64,000 nt of DNA, from the NCBI GenBank assembly GCA_963765765.1, contig CAVXYC010000002.1, forward strand, positions 1 through 64,000, read 5' to 3'. Numbering within the stretch: the stretch's first letter is position 1; each line of letters opens with the position of its first letter. The DNA comes from an uncultured Chloroflexia bacterium (GTDB lineage: Bacteria; Chloroflexota; UBA6077; JACCZL01). The translations under genes and the position numbers were made by a program. Positions 9,184-19,254 of the stretch are shown here, one piece after another. The notes under the pieces are model-generated. The model searched no databases and had not been told where the DNA came from. It saw only the letters and a program-made list of their open reading frames with translations.

Positions 9184-10921
9184 GTGTCCTACCGTTTAGC
9201 GAGCGTGCGATTCCGACGCCTCACGGCCATGGCCGCCACGGCCTTGTTGTGGCGGCATGCTCCGCCCCTGCGCCCAGCGCGTCCCCAACGGCGGCGCCAG
9301 CGCCAGCGGGCGTCTCCAAGGCAGCGCCCGCTGGCGCGCCAACGACTGCCGCGGCGCCGGCCGTACCTGCGAAGCCGGCCGTGCAACGACTTGTGATGAG
9401 CCTCTTGCCTCCGGGGCGGGAATCGAACGACGTCCGATTCATCACCAACACCGAGATCTGGCACATCCGTCCGATGTACGAGTATCTCGTGGGCGTGGAT
9501 CCGAGAGACGGGGAAGATGGTGCCCCAGCTTGCCACCTCCTGGGCGGTTGAAGATGACGGCAAGGCGGTCCGGTTCCAGCTCAGAAAAGGTGTCCAGTTC
9601 CACGGCGGTCACGGCGAGTTCACCGCCAAGGATGTGGTCTTCACGCGCGATGAGATGCGCAAAGATGACACGACCAACGGTCTCCGGAACTTCTTCACCT
9701 CCACGATCAGCGACATTGAGATCGTGAACGACTATGAGTTGATCATGCGCATGAGCCGCGTGGACAGCACCCTGCTGCTGAACATCTCCGAGGGCGAGAA
9801 CGGGTTCGAGATCAGGAGTAAAGGGCACTTCGACCAGGTCGGTCCGCCCACTATGGAGAGCGGACCGCTTGCCGGGACAGGGGCCTATCAGTTCAAGGAG
9901 CGGGCCCAGGGGCAGTACATCCGCTTTGAGCGAGTGCCCTACCAGCACTGGCGTGTTACTCCTGAGTTCCCTGAGCTGGAGATCCGCTTTCAGCGGGAGA
10001 ATTCCACACGCCTGGCGGCCATGCTGGCTGGTGAATCGCACATTACGGTGTTGCCTGAGGATTTAATGGGTGAGGCGGAGAAGAAGGGGCTCAAGACCAC
10101 CAGCAGCCGCGTGGCCGGGTTACGCGCGTTTATGAGCATCTATTGTTGCGTGCTCAATGACCCTAAGGATGTCAGCAAGGGCTGGGTCTACCCAAATAGC
10201 CCGCTCATGGATCTGCGCGTGCGGCGTGCATTGAACAAGGCAATCAACCGAGATGAGCTGAATAAGAGCTTCTTTGCCGGAAAGGGGGAGGTCATGGTCC
10301 TGCCCCATCACCACTCCACCCGTCAGGGCTGGGATCCATCCTGGGCGCAGCCGGTTCCCGGAGGAGTACGGCTTTGACCCGGCCGCGGCCAGGGCGCTTC
10401 TCGCGGAGGCCGGTTACGGCCCCGGTAAGCCGCTGAGCACCAACCTCTTCATCGTGCCGCTGCCCTCTATCGGAGCGGCGGAGGACGTCCAGGAAGCGAT
10501 CGCCGGCTACTGGAGAGACGTTGGAGTGCGGCCTGAGCTCTTGCAAACCGACTCCGGTGAGATACGCGCGGCGGCGCGTGAAAGAAAATACAGCAATAAC
10601 ATCGAGCTTCGAGGAACCAACAATACTCTCTTCGGTGGAATGACTGGCTACTCGCTTACCTGGGGTGCTCGCGGCAATTATTTCGAGGGACCGGATTTAG
10701 ACCAGGGCGCGCTGGACGCTGTCACGACATTCGACGAGCAGAAGCAGGATGAGGGCTGGCGCCGTGGCGGCGAATCGATGTTCGTGAAGCATTCCACTAT
10801 CCCGCTTTTCTGGATCCCAGCGCAGGCCGTGGTGAACCCACAAGTCGTGGCTGATTACGTCTATCCCGGCAATATCACGGGCACCTGGACCCATGTGACG
10901 GGGATAAAATCGGCGAAATAG
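9184..10921 (+). CDS. Peptide/nickel ABC substrate-binding lipoprotein (family 5), split by about 3 frameshifts
   Basis: GGAGG then GTG at 9184; AAC lipobox and Ala/Pro linker; PQLATSW, FQLRKGVQFH, DLRVRRALNKAINRD spread over ORFs 8670-9551, 9517-10377, 10274-10921. Confidence 0.85.
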
Positions 10922-10928
10922 TACCTTC

Positions 10929-11040
10929 CCGTAGCGCGGTGGTCTTGCGCCCCGCGCCTCGAGGGATCCTCTCGTCTAGTAAATATTCACTGCGCCTCAG
11001 GATCCCTCGAGGCGCGGGGCACAAGACCACCGCGCTACGG
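10929..11040. repeat. 42-bp inverted repeat (GTAG-type REP doublet) between convergent genes
   Basis: Arms 10929-10970 and 10999-11040 are reverse complements with one mismatch; 28-nt loop. Confidence 0.9.
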
Positions 11041-11065
11041 AGCCGCGCACTATGGGCAGGGCACC

Positions 11066-11731
11066 TCAGAGCAGACCGCGCTCGCGCAGGGTGCGCGTTG
11101 CCAGCTCCATAATGCGGCGGTGATATTGACCGTCATAGGGAACGATCTCGCTTGCGAGAAGTCGTCGGTGGCCGATCGTCGTCTCGCCAGCGGCAGAAAC
11201 CTTCAGATACGAAACGGTCGCCTCAGTTCGTCGACCCTCCGCGAGATCAACAAGCACGGATCCCGGAACCCAGGCGAGACCCTGTACTTCCACAGGATCG
11301 GGGTGAAGCTCCGTGTCCTCGATGCGGCGCGCAAGCAGGTGCAGCGCATGGTATTCGCGGTCTATCACGCCACTAGCATGGACATGCTCCTGGCGGTGTG
11401 TGCCAAATGTCACGAGATCATCCAATTGATCGTGGAGGCCCAGCTCCTCCTGGAGCTCTCGAACCGCCTGGTGCATCGTCTCGCCGAGGCGTATGTGCCC
11501 CGCGGCACTGCAATTGAAGTAACCAGGGAAGGCGTCTTTGGTATCTGAGCGATGCTGGAGAAGAATCTCGACCTCGTTAGCCCGCGGTCGGGCCACCCAG
11601 CAGAAGAAGGCCTGATGCCACATTCCCTGGAGATGAACGTCGCCGCGCTTCGCTCCCTCTCCGGTGGGCTGGCCATCTGCCGTCCAGACCTCCAACAGTT
11701 CATATGGGTCGGTCAATGTCATCTGACTCAT
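11066..11731 (-). CDS. NUDIX hydrolase (IDI-like subgroup)
   Basis: RGDVHLQGMWH, SAAGHIRLGETMHQAVRELQEELGL Nudix box. Confidence 0.88.
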   Translation of the reverse strand: MSQMTLTDPYELLEVWTADGQPTGEGAKRGDVHLQGMWHQAFFCWVARPRANEVEILLQHRSDTKDAFPGYFNCSAAGHIRLGETMHQAVRELQEELGLHDQLDDLVTFGTHRQEHVHASGVIDREYHALHLLARRIEDTELHPDPVEVQGLAWVPGSVLVDLAEGRRTEATVSYLKVSAAGETTIGHRRLLASEIVPYDGQYHRRIMELATRTLRERGLL

Positions 11732-12564
11732 GGCAGTGTGACTCGCTTGCGCTTCTGACTATCGAAGCGCGCAATATGGGTGTATCCGATGTCGCGCAGC
11801 ATCGCAACAGCCTGCAAGGCGGAATCCGCGACGCGATCAGGCTGATGTGCGTCAGAGCCCAGGGTCACCGGCACGCCGGCATCAAAGCAGGCTTTGACCA
11901 AATTGGGATGTGGATACATCTCAGCGCACGGCTTGCGCAGGCCCGAAGTGTTGACTTCAATGCAGACGTCGGCGTCTTTCAAGCGGCGTGCAGTGCGCTT
12001 GTAGAGGTCGGCCAACGGCTGAGTCGGCCGATGGCCGAACTTCTTCACCAAATCCAGATGACCCATCACCTGGTAGATGCCCGTTTCAGCGGCGCGACAT
12101 ACGTGGTCGAAGTAACAGTCATACAGCTCATCGATGTTCCAGCGGTCGAAGCCGTCTTTGTATCGTTCGTCATCGACACCCCAGCCATCGATGAAATGAA
12201 CCGAGCCGATGAGATAGTCCCATTCATGAGCCTGAATGATGCCGCGGAGCTCGTGTTCGTGTCCCACGATGAAGTCGGCTTCAAGCGCCATCTTCAAGCG
12301 AATCTCAGGGTAGGCAGCCTGGAGGCGGCGCACCTCCTTGAGATACGCATCAAATCCCGACTCCGGCATCGCCAGCTCCGGATCTCGCTCTCCCTCGGGA
12401 AGCCAGTACAGGAAGATGTGCTCTGAAAAGCCCATCTCCGGTAAGCCGCTCTGCACGGCGTATTGGACGTACTCTTCGAGCTCGCCCACACCATGCCCAC
12501 AGAGCTTGCTGTGGATGTGATAGTCGAGCAGGGAAGTCAGGTCCGGGCGAGAGGAATCCTGCAT
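11728..12564 (-). CDS. PHP-family histidinol-phosphatase (HisJ/HisK type)
   Basis: DYHIHSKLCGH, GFSEH, DYLIGSVH, GHLDLVKKF, IEVNTSGLRKP, LGSDAH. Confidence 0.9.
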   Translation of the reverse strand: MQDSSRPDLTSLLDYHIHSKLCGHGVGELEEYVQYAVQSGLPEMGFSEHIFLYWLPEGERDPELAMPESGFDAYLKEVRRLQAAYPEIRLKMALEADFIVGHEHELRGIIQAHEWDYLIGSVHFIDGWGVDDERYKDGFDRWNIDELYDCYFDHVCRAAETGIYQVMGHLDLVKKFGHRPTQPLADLYKRTARRLKDADVCIEVNTSGLRKPCAEMYPHPNLVKACFDAGVPVTLGSDAHQPDRVADSALQAVAMLRDIGYTHIARFDSQKRKRVTLP

Positions 12565-12793
12565 ATGCAGCAAGTATGACCGATCAACGGTCATTCGCCG
12601 CGGAGCGTCCTGGAATGTGGTGTGCGGGAGCACGGGCTTCACTCCGCGATTTCTCTGCCGTGACATTCGGATCCAACCCAAGCCTTGCTCACACACACAT
12701 TCCAGGACGCTCCGCGCGGCGAATGGAGTGCTTGCCGCACTACAGCCCAGCGGCTAGCATTCGATTAGATCCAGGTCCCACGGAGTCATCAAC

Positions 12794-13975
12794 ATGGAAG
12801 CTGCATCGGCGATCGTTCAGAACGAAATGTGGGACAAGGCGCTTGAGTCGGCCCTTTCCCAGACAGCGGGCGTCGTGGAGCGCTCCCGCGGAGTCGATCT
12901 CGCGGTCCTCTTTGCCGGCTCGTCCTATGCTGGCGTCTTTCCGGGAAATGGTCCGACGAATCCAGGATGCTACGGCCTGCAGCGTTCTCATCGGCTGTAG
13001 CGGCGCGGGAATCATTGGTCAGGGCATTGAAGCCGAGAATGGCGCGTCGCTCTCACTGATGGTCATGTCGCTGCCCGGGGTTCGCATGTTCCCTGTGTAC
13101 CTGAATCAAGAGACGCTTCAGTCGCTCAATACGGCGGAGGATTGGCAGCGCATCGTCGGCGGTGAGCCGAATGAGATCAATGGTTGGTTCGCCTTTGTCG
13201 ATCCGTATCGACTTGACTCCGAAACGTTCGTGAATGGGCTGGCCGATGCGTTCCCGGATCAGCCCATCATTGGTGGACTTGCCTCGGGTGATCCTCGGTC
13301 ACAGCGGACACACGTATTTTTGAACGGCTCGGTGCACGACGAAGGCGCCGTGGCGCTCGGCATCGGCGGGGATTACACCGTGCGCACGGTCGTCTCTCAG
13401 GGAGCCGAGCCCATCGGTGAGCCGTGGACGATCACAGGCGTCAATCGCCACGTGGTCCAAACGATCGGCCAGCGGCCGGCTCTGGAGGTCCTCACGGACA
13501 CCATCAAGGGGCTCGGCGAGGATATGCAGCAGCGCGCCCAGCGAAATCTGTTGGTAGGTCTGGTGATGGACGAGTACCGCGACGAGTTTCACCGCGGAGA
13601 CTTCCTGATTCGCAACCTCGTGGGAGCGGATCCGGATCCGGATCAATCGCCATCAGCGCTCACCCACAGATCGGCCAGACAATCCAGTTTCAACTTCGCG
13701 ATGCGCGCGCCGCGGATGATGAGCTCAAAGATATGCTGGTTCGCACGCGCGAAAGCCTTGGCGGGTCTGCACCACTGGCAGCGGTTCTGTGCTCATGCAA
13801 CGGTCGGGGCGCGGGATTGTTTGGCGAGTCGCATCACGATGCGGCCATGCTGCGCGAGGAGCTCGGCCTGGACAACATCGCAGGGTTCTTTTGTAACGGC
13901 GAGATCGGTCCCGTCGGTGGCAAGACCTACATCCACGGGTTCACCGCGTCTATCGGACTGATCGTCCCGAAGTAA
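12794..13975 (+). CDS. FIST N/C domain protein, split by 2 frameshifts
   Basis: LIGCSGAGIIG, PIIGGLASG, VSQGAEPIG, FLIRNLVG, CNGRG, GFFCNGEIGP over three ORFs. Confidence 0.88.
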
Positions 13976-13983
13976 GGCGTTTG

Positions 13984-14059
13984 GTTGGGACAGGTCTCTC
14001 TGCCAGGCCTGTCTAAGATGATCGCCGGGCTACGGGCAGGACGAGACGCCTGTCCCACC
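13984..14059. repeat. REP-like doublet, family B
   Basis: TGGGACAGG...GAGACGCCTGTCCCA; same family at 27173, 29386, 37028, 46259. Confidence 0.75.
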
Positions 14060-14363
14060 GGAAGGGCCCTTCCAAGCGGTGTTCCACTTTCACACAACAT
14101 TAAGATTACTTTGGGGTCGCCTTCAGACTGCCTGGGCTGCTCGGATTTAGTATGTCGATGGAGCGTGGTTGAACCCTCAGCCCGCTCCCCAACCTCCGTT
14201 GGTGATTGATGTGATTGGCCAGTGTCTCGAACACCGACCATCCATCGTCTCCGAAAAGAGCCCAGAGTGCAGGAAGCGGGCACCAGCACTCTGGGCTCTT
14301 GCAGTTCCCGATATTCTGCCGAACGATCGCCCAGTATTCACTGGGGCGGGCAAAGGCGGCGCC

Positions 14364-15485
14364 CTATGGATCAGTGGGTGTGATGGCGCCGCGCATCGTG
14401 GACGTGACTTCGAGGAATGGTGCTCGAGTCTCGTTCAGCCAGTTGGTATAGCGATCGTCCAACGCTAGATATCTGCGCATGAACGCGGTGGTCCAGCCCT
14501 TGATTGTGGCTTGCGCGTCGGCGGGTAAAAGATCGTCGGGCCCACATCCGCCGAAGATTCGGCCGCACTGGTCCGTGAAGGAAAGATGACCGGCGCCGTG
14601 GAGCACGACGAACCAGTGGTCGCCGCCGCCCTCTTTTAATGAGATCGAGAGCTGCTGCTCATCAGCAAGTCGTGTCAGGCGATCGAGGTCACCGGCCAAC
14701 ACTAACGTCGGTGCTGTGACGTGTTGGGCCATGGCAAGCACCTCCGCGAACACGCCCGGAGCCAATGGTGCGGCGGCTTTAAAGCGGGGGTCGCGCGAGA
14801 GGACTTGCAGCGCCGTCCACCCGCCGAAAGAATGACCGAATACTCCGCCACGGGCCGCGTCGATGAGCCCTTCAAGCACTTTATCTTTGCTCGCCGAGAG
14901 CTCGATGGCCTGATCAAGCGCCGCGGAGACGTCTGCCGGGCGGTTGGCGGCTGAGTCGAGGAACGCTTCCCTGGCGGCATTGTTGAGGGGCAAGCACGCC
15001 GCGGGACAATCTCTCACGGTGTTGCCCGGGTGCGTCGGGGCGATGACCACGAATCCATGGCTCGCAAGGTGCGCGGTCAGAAACGTGGACTGCCAGGGTG
15101 TTCCGCCACTTCCATGTGAGAACAACAACATTGGAAAAGGGCCAGATTCTCGAGCGGATGGCGCGTCCACCCTACCGCCAAACCTCAACGCTCCTTCGCC
15201 GGGTGCTTGTGGAAGCGCCGGGTACCAGATCACCATAGTGATTTCTCGCGCTGTGCCCGTGGTAGACGAAGCTCGAGTGAACGATCGCTCAGTGACGCCG
15301 ACGGCGAACGGTCCGGTCTGGGATGGATCAGGCTGGTCTGCTCGTGCGGCGGGCGGCAGCATAGACCCACCAATCATGAGCGCAGTGACGAGGGCGAGAA
15401 CAGTGATGAGCCCGGCAGAACGGGGGGGCGATGAACAGCCGTGCCGAGACCGATCCAAGCCCGCAAACATTGTCATACAATCCAC
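14364..15485 (-). CDS. Secreted alpha/beta hydrolase (dienelactone hydrolase/PAF-AH-like)
   Basis: Signal peptide, GPFAVG, LLFSHGSGG, HLASHGFVVIAP, GHSFGG, GAGHLSF. Confidence 0.85.
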   Translation of the reverse strand: MDCMTMFAGLDRSRHGCSSPPRSAGLITVLALVTALMIGGSMLPPAARADQPDPSQTGPFAVGVTERSFTRASSTTGTAREITMVIWYPALPQAPGEGALRFGGRVDAPSARESGPFPMLLFSHGSGGTPWQSTFLTAHLASHGFVVIAPTHPGNTVRDCPAACLPLNNAAREAFLDSAANRPADVSAALDQAIELSASKDKVLEGLIDAARGGVFGHSFGGWTALQVLSRDPRFKAAAPLAPGVFAEVLAMAQHVTAPTLVLAGDLDRLTRLADEQQLSISLKEGGGDHWFVVLHGAGHLSFTDQCGRIFGGCGPDDLLPADAQATIKGWTTAFMRRYLALDDRYTNWLNETRAPFLEVTSTMRGAITPTDP

Positions 15486-15512
15486 TCACGCGCGTCCCCT
15501 CACCCCGGCAGC

Positions 15513-16766
15513 CTATGAATCTCCGATTCCATTAAAAAGCTTCCCGTTCGCACGCCAGGTGTTCCGACCGGCGACGCGCCCTTCCGAGGCCATCTGACGG
15601 TGCTCCGAAATTGCCAGTTGGAGCAGCTCCGGCTCGGCCAGTAAGTCGACCGCGGTCATGGCCAGAGATTTGGCTGCGTCAATGATGGCCTGGTCTCCTG
15701 CGGCAGAGCAGGAAGCTTCGGTCATTTCAAGTGAGTGGCCGCTGATCGTGTCCGGTCCAATGGAGAAATATGCGTGGACCGCTGGGATGACCTGGCTGAT
15801 GTCGCCCATATCGGTGGACCCCATGCGCTCCAACGGCGACGGTTCCACAACGTTCAGCCCCAGGGATCGCATGTTCTCCCCGCATAGCGACGCCACCGTC
15901 GGGTTGGGCACCATGTTGTCGTAACCGCGTCGCTCGTTCCACTCGAGCCGAGCGCCTGTGAGCAAGGCCGCACCCTCGGCAACTTCCCTGAGCATGGCGA
16001 CGAGCTGCCGCTGATAGGAACGTCGACGCGCCCGCAGACTGAACACCGCCGCGGCGCGAGCTGGGATGATGTTCACGGCGTCGCCGCCATGGGTAATGAT
16101 TCCATGCACGCGGGCATCCTGGCGCATGTGTAAGCGTCGGGCATTGATGCCGACAAACGTCTGGATCACTGCTTCCAGTGCATTAATGCCTTTGTCGGGA
16201 GACCCGGCCGCGTGAGCGGCTTTGCCGTGGAATGTGATGTCTACGCGGCTGTTGGCCAGCGAGCCGCGGTTTACCATATAACGGCTGGACGGGTGCATCA
16301 TGATGGCGGCGTCCACCTCGTCGAAGACGCCGGCATCCGCGAGCAAGATTTTGCCGCCTCCGCCTTCCTCAGCCGGCGTTCCGATGACCTGGATGCGTCC
16401 GGCGAATGGCGTGCCTGAGCGTTGCAAGGCCAGCCCGGCGCCAAGCGCGCTGGTGGCAATGATGTTGTGTCCGCAGCCGTGACCGATTTCGGGAAGAGCA
16501 TCGTACTCGGCGCAAATACCGACAGTGGGTCCAGGCTCAGCGCCCTCGAGCGTCGCTCGAAACGCGGTCTCGAGCCCGCCAACTCCTCGTTCAACGGTGA
16601 ACCCTGCATCGGCCAGGAGATCAGCTAACCGAGCCGAAGCGCGATGCTCGTTGAACGCAAGCTCTGGCTCGTTGTGAATCGCGTGACTGGTGTGGACCAG
16701 GTCACTCCTGAGCTCGTCAACGGCGGAGGCAACGCGCTCTTTCCAATCGTCACGAACGCTGCTCAT
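15513..16766 (-). CDS. M20 amidohydrolase (AbgB/ACY1L2-like)
   Basis: AEYDALPEIGHGCGHN, GTPAEEGGGGK, MHP, GSTDMGD. Confidence 0.92.
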   Translation of the reverse strand: MSSVRDDWKERVASAVDELRSDLVHTSHAIHNEPELAFNEHRASARLADLLADAGFTVERGVGGLETAFRATLEGAEPGPTVGICAEYDALPEIGHGCGHNIIATSALGAGLALQRSGTPFAGRIQVIGTPAEEGGGGKILLADAGVFDEVDAAIMMHPSSRYMVNRGSLANSRVDITFHGKAAHAAGSPDKGINALEAVIQTFVGINARRLHMRQDARVHGIITHGGDAVNIIPARAAAVFSLRARRRSYQRQLVAMLREVAEGAALLTGARLEWNERRGYDNMVPNPTVASLCGENMRSLGLNVVEPSPLERMGSTDMGDISQVIPAVHAYFSIGPDTISGHSLEMTEASCSAAGDQAIIDAAKSLAMTAVDLLAEPELLQLAISEHRQMASEGRVAGRNTWRANGKLFNGIGDS

Positions 16767-16852
16767 CGCACCCCCACGTGTTTGTTCGGCTCCGGATACG
16801 GTGAATCATTCTAGCGTAGGCGCCCTTGACAGAGAGAAAGCCCTGTCCCTGC

Positions 16853-16968
16853 TACCGCGGACGTCATGCTCGTCGTGATTCGAGTGAACTCGGGTAGTTC
16901 GAGTAGTGCTGCTGCACATCGACGGGTTCATGTGGCACTCGAATCGGGACGGCAGGGCGCCCGCGGTA
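16853..16968. repeat. REP-like inverted doublet, family A
   Basis: TACCGCGGACGTC...GATTCGAGTG paired with CACTCGAATC...GGCGCCCGCGGTA. Confidence 0.7.
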
Positions 16969-17016
16969 CGAGGGTGTCGGCTTCCCGGCAGTACAATTCA
17001 CGCCGGAGCCTGCCCG

Positions 17017-18744
17017 ATGCACCGATTGAGACTGACGAACCCCGCGTTCCGCACACGAGTCTGGGTGGTCCCCGTAATGCTGGTGGCCATCCTCATGGCC
17101 GCATGCTCGCCGTCCTCACGCGCGCCAGCCAGCGCGACGACCGCAACTTCCGAAGGCGCTCCACGCCGCGGCGGCGTTGCCCGCGTGGGCATTTCGCAGG
17201 AGCCCAACGTGCTCAATCCGCTGATCGGCAGCCAGGTCATTGCGACGAGCGTCGCCGCCAACATCCTAGAAGGACTTCTGGCGATCGGCCCTAACGGCAC
17301 CTACGAGCCGGCCCTGGCCGCGGAAGTTCCCACCACGGCCAACGGGGGAGTGTCGGCAGATGGCCGCACCATCACCTGGAAGCTGAAACCGGGCCTCACT
17401 TGGTCCGACGGCGCGCCGCTTACGAGCCGTGATGTGCTCTTCACCTATCAGGTGATGCTCAATCCCGATAATCCGATCGTCTTCCGCAGCGGCTATACGG
17501 ACATGGACTCGGTGACCGCGCCCGATGCCACCACGGTGGTCGTGCGCTACTCGCGGCTCTACTCGGGATTCCAGGTCCACTTCCCGTACATCCTGCCCGA
17601 GCACGCGCTGGGCGGCGATACGAACATCGACAAGAAGGAATTCAACCGCGCGCCCATCGGGTCAGGCCCGTTCAAGTTCACGAGCTGGTCGGCCGGTGAC
17701 ACGATCACCCTTGAGCGGAACGAGCATTTTCGCGATCAGGGGAAGCCTTATCTGGATGGCTTAGTCTTCAAGGTCGTTCCGAGTCGCGAGACATCGGTGC
17801 AGGCGTTCAAGACCGGCGAGATCGACGTGCTGTGGAATCTGGCCGAGTCCAACATTCCGGAGTTCGAGGCAATTCCGGATGCCGTGCTGAAGCCGACGCC
17901 GAGTCCGCGAGTTGAGCGGCTCATCCTCAACGCGAGCTGCCCCAGCGGGCCCCAGCAGGGCGATCCGGCGTGCCCCCACCCGGTCCTGGGCGATCCGCGG
18001 GTGCGCGAAGCCATCGAGCTGGTGATCGACAAGAAGGCCCTCGTTGACAAGCTTCTGTACGGAAAGACGACCGTGGGAACGTCGGTGATCCCGATCGGCT
18101 GGTTTGCACCGACGCTCCCGGCGAGCGCCTACGATCCCACCCGATCTCGTCAGCTCCTGGAGCAGGCCGGCTGGGTACCGGGGCCGGACGGTGTTCGGTC
18201 GAAGAACGACGTGAGGGCGCGCATCGAGTTCGGGACGACGACGGGCGATCGGTTGCGTGAGCAGACGCAGCAGGTCATCCAGGAGCAGCTCAAGGATGTC
18301 GGTATCGAGGTGGAGATCAAGAATGCGCCGTCAGCGGTGGTGCTGGGTGCCTGGCAGGACAATGCCCCACGGGCGCGTGGCAACTTCGACATGCTGATGT
18401 GGACGACCAATGTCGAAGGGCTCGACCCCCAGGGCCATCTCTACGGCTATTTCCACAGCTCGCAAATCCCGACCGAACAATCGCGGGGCGGGCGCAATTA
18501 CCACCGGATCATCGATCCGGAGCTTGACCGCGCGCTCGAAATAGCCGAGTCCACATTAGATGAGCCCACCCGCAAGGCCGCGTACCAGACGGTTGCCGAG
18601 CGGGTGAACGCGGATCGCGGCCACATCGTCCTCTACGACCGTCTGCTCATCAACGCCTACAAGCGCAACGTCAAAGGCTGGAACGTCAACGTCTACGACA
18701 ACAACGTCACCTGGGACAGCGCCGCGTGGTGGCTTGAGAAGTAG
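17017..18744 (+). CDS. Peptide ABC transporter substrate-binding lipoprotein (family 5)
   Basis: GGAG then ATG 17017; MAAC lipobox; WKLKPGLTWSDGAPLT, PIGSGPFK, DPRVREAI. Confidence 0.93.
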   Translation: MHRLRLTNPAFRTRVWVVPVMLVAILMAACSPSSRAPASATTATSEGAPRRGGVARVGISQEPNVLNPLIGSQVIATSVAANILEGLLAIGPNGTYEPALAAEVPTTANGGVSADGRTITWKLKPGLTWSDGAPLTSRDVLFTYQVMLNPDNPIVFRSGYTDMDSVTAPDATTVVVRYSRLYSGFQVHFPYILPEHALGGDTNIDKKEFNRAPIGSGPFKFTSWSAGDTITLERNEHFRDQGKPYLDGLVFKVVPSRETSVQAFKTGEIDVLWNLAESNIPEFEAIPDAVLKPTPSPRVERLILNASCPSGPQQGDPACPHPVLGDPRVREAIELVIDKKALVDKLLYGKTTVGTSVIPIGWFAPTLPASAYDPTRSRQLLEQAGWVPGPDGVRSKNDVRARIEFGTTTGDRLREQTQQVIQEQLKDVGIEVEIKNAPSAVVLGAWQDNAPRARGNFDMLMWTTNVEGLDPQGHLYGYFHSSQIPTEQSRGGRNYHRIIDPELDRALEIAESTLDEPTRKAAYQTVAERVNADRGHIVLYDRLLINAYKRNVKGWNVNVYDNNVTWDSAAWWLEK

Positions 18745-18773
18745 CGAGTATCGAGTTGTGAGTAACGAGTAGG
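18739..18773 (+). repeat. Left heptamer array, 5 x GAGTAGC-like
   Basis: AAGTAGC GAGTATC GAGTTGT GAGTAAC GAGTAGG; first unit contains the SBP TAG stop. Confidence 0.85.
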
Positions 18774-18786
18774 AAAATTCTGCTCG

Positions 18787-19164
18787 ATGGTTGGCGGTTC
18801 GCAGAGATTTGAGGACGTCGTTGCCTGGCAGAAGGCCCGGGTATTCGCGCTAGCGATTTACCAGGTGGCCGAGCAGGGTAGATTTGCACGCGACTTCGGG
18901 CTTCGCGATCAAATTTCCCGGGCCGCCGTTTCGGTAATGTCAAACATCGCTGAAGGGTTTGAGCGTCGGCGTCCAGTGGGGTACCGAAATTTCCTTTTGA
19001 TATCAAAAGCTTCGTTAGCCGAGGTGCGCTCGCAGCTGTACCTAGCGATGGACTTGGATTACATCGACCAGCTAACGGGTCAGCGTCTGCTCGGACAGTC
19101 CGATGAACTCGCTCGCGTCATAGCCGGACTTCGAAATGCAATCGGACGCTCAATGTATGGATAA
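18787..19164 (+). CDS. Four-helix-bundle protein (23S rRNA IVS protein family, PF05635/TIGR02436)
   Basis: FEDVVAWQKA, DFGLRDQISRAAVSVMSNIAEGFER, FLLISKASLAEVRSQL. Confidence 0.95.
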   Translation: MVGGSQRFEDVVAWQKARVFALAIYQVAEQGRFARDFGLRDQISRAAVSVMSNIAEGFERRRPVGYRNFLLISKASLAEVRSQLYLAMDLDYIDQLTGQRLLGQSDELARVIAGLRNAIGRSMYG

Positions 19165-19215
19165 CGGCCGGGCATTTTTGTACGATGGCTGCTTTCCAAT
19201 CGCGAAAGCGTGGTT

Positions 19216-19250
19216 GTTACTCGCTACCCGCTACTCGCTACTCGTTACTC
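19216..19250 (-). repeat. Right heptamer array, 5 x GCTACTC-like (inverse of left array)
   Basis: GTTACTC GCTACCC GCTACTC GCTACTC GTTACTC. Confidence 0.9.
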
Positions 19251-19254
19251 TCCG

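Noticed and set aside
18739-19250. CRISPR array or DGR interpretation of the repeats and Avd-like gene
   Set aside because: Repeats are 7-mers without spacers; no cas genes, reverse transcriptase or TR/VR pair in the window
19210-19254. N-terminal extension MVVTRYPLLATRYSP on the permease
   Set aside because: It is translated heptamer repeat; the canonical start is GTG 19255
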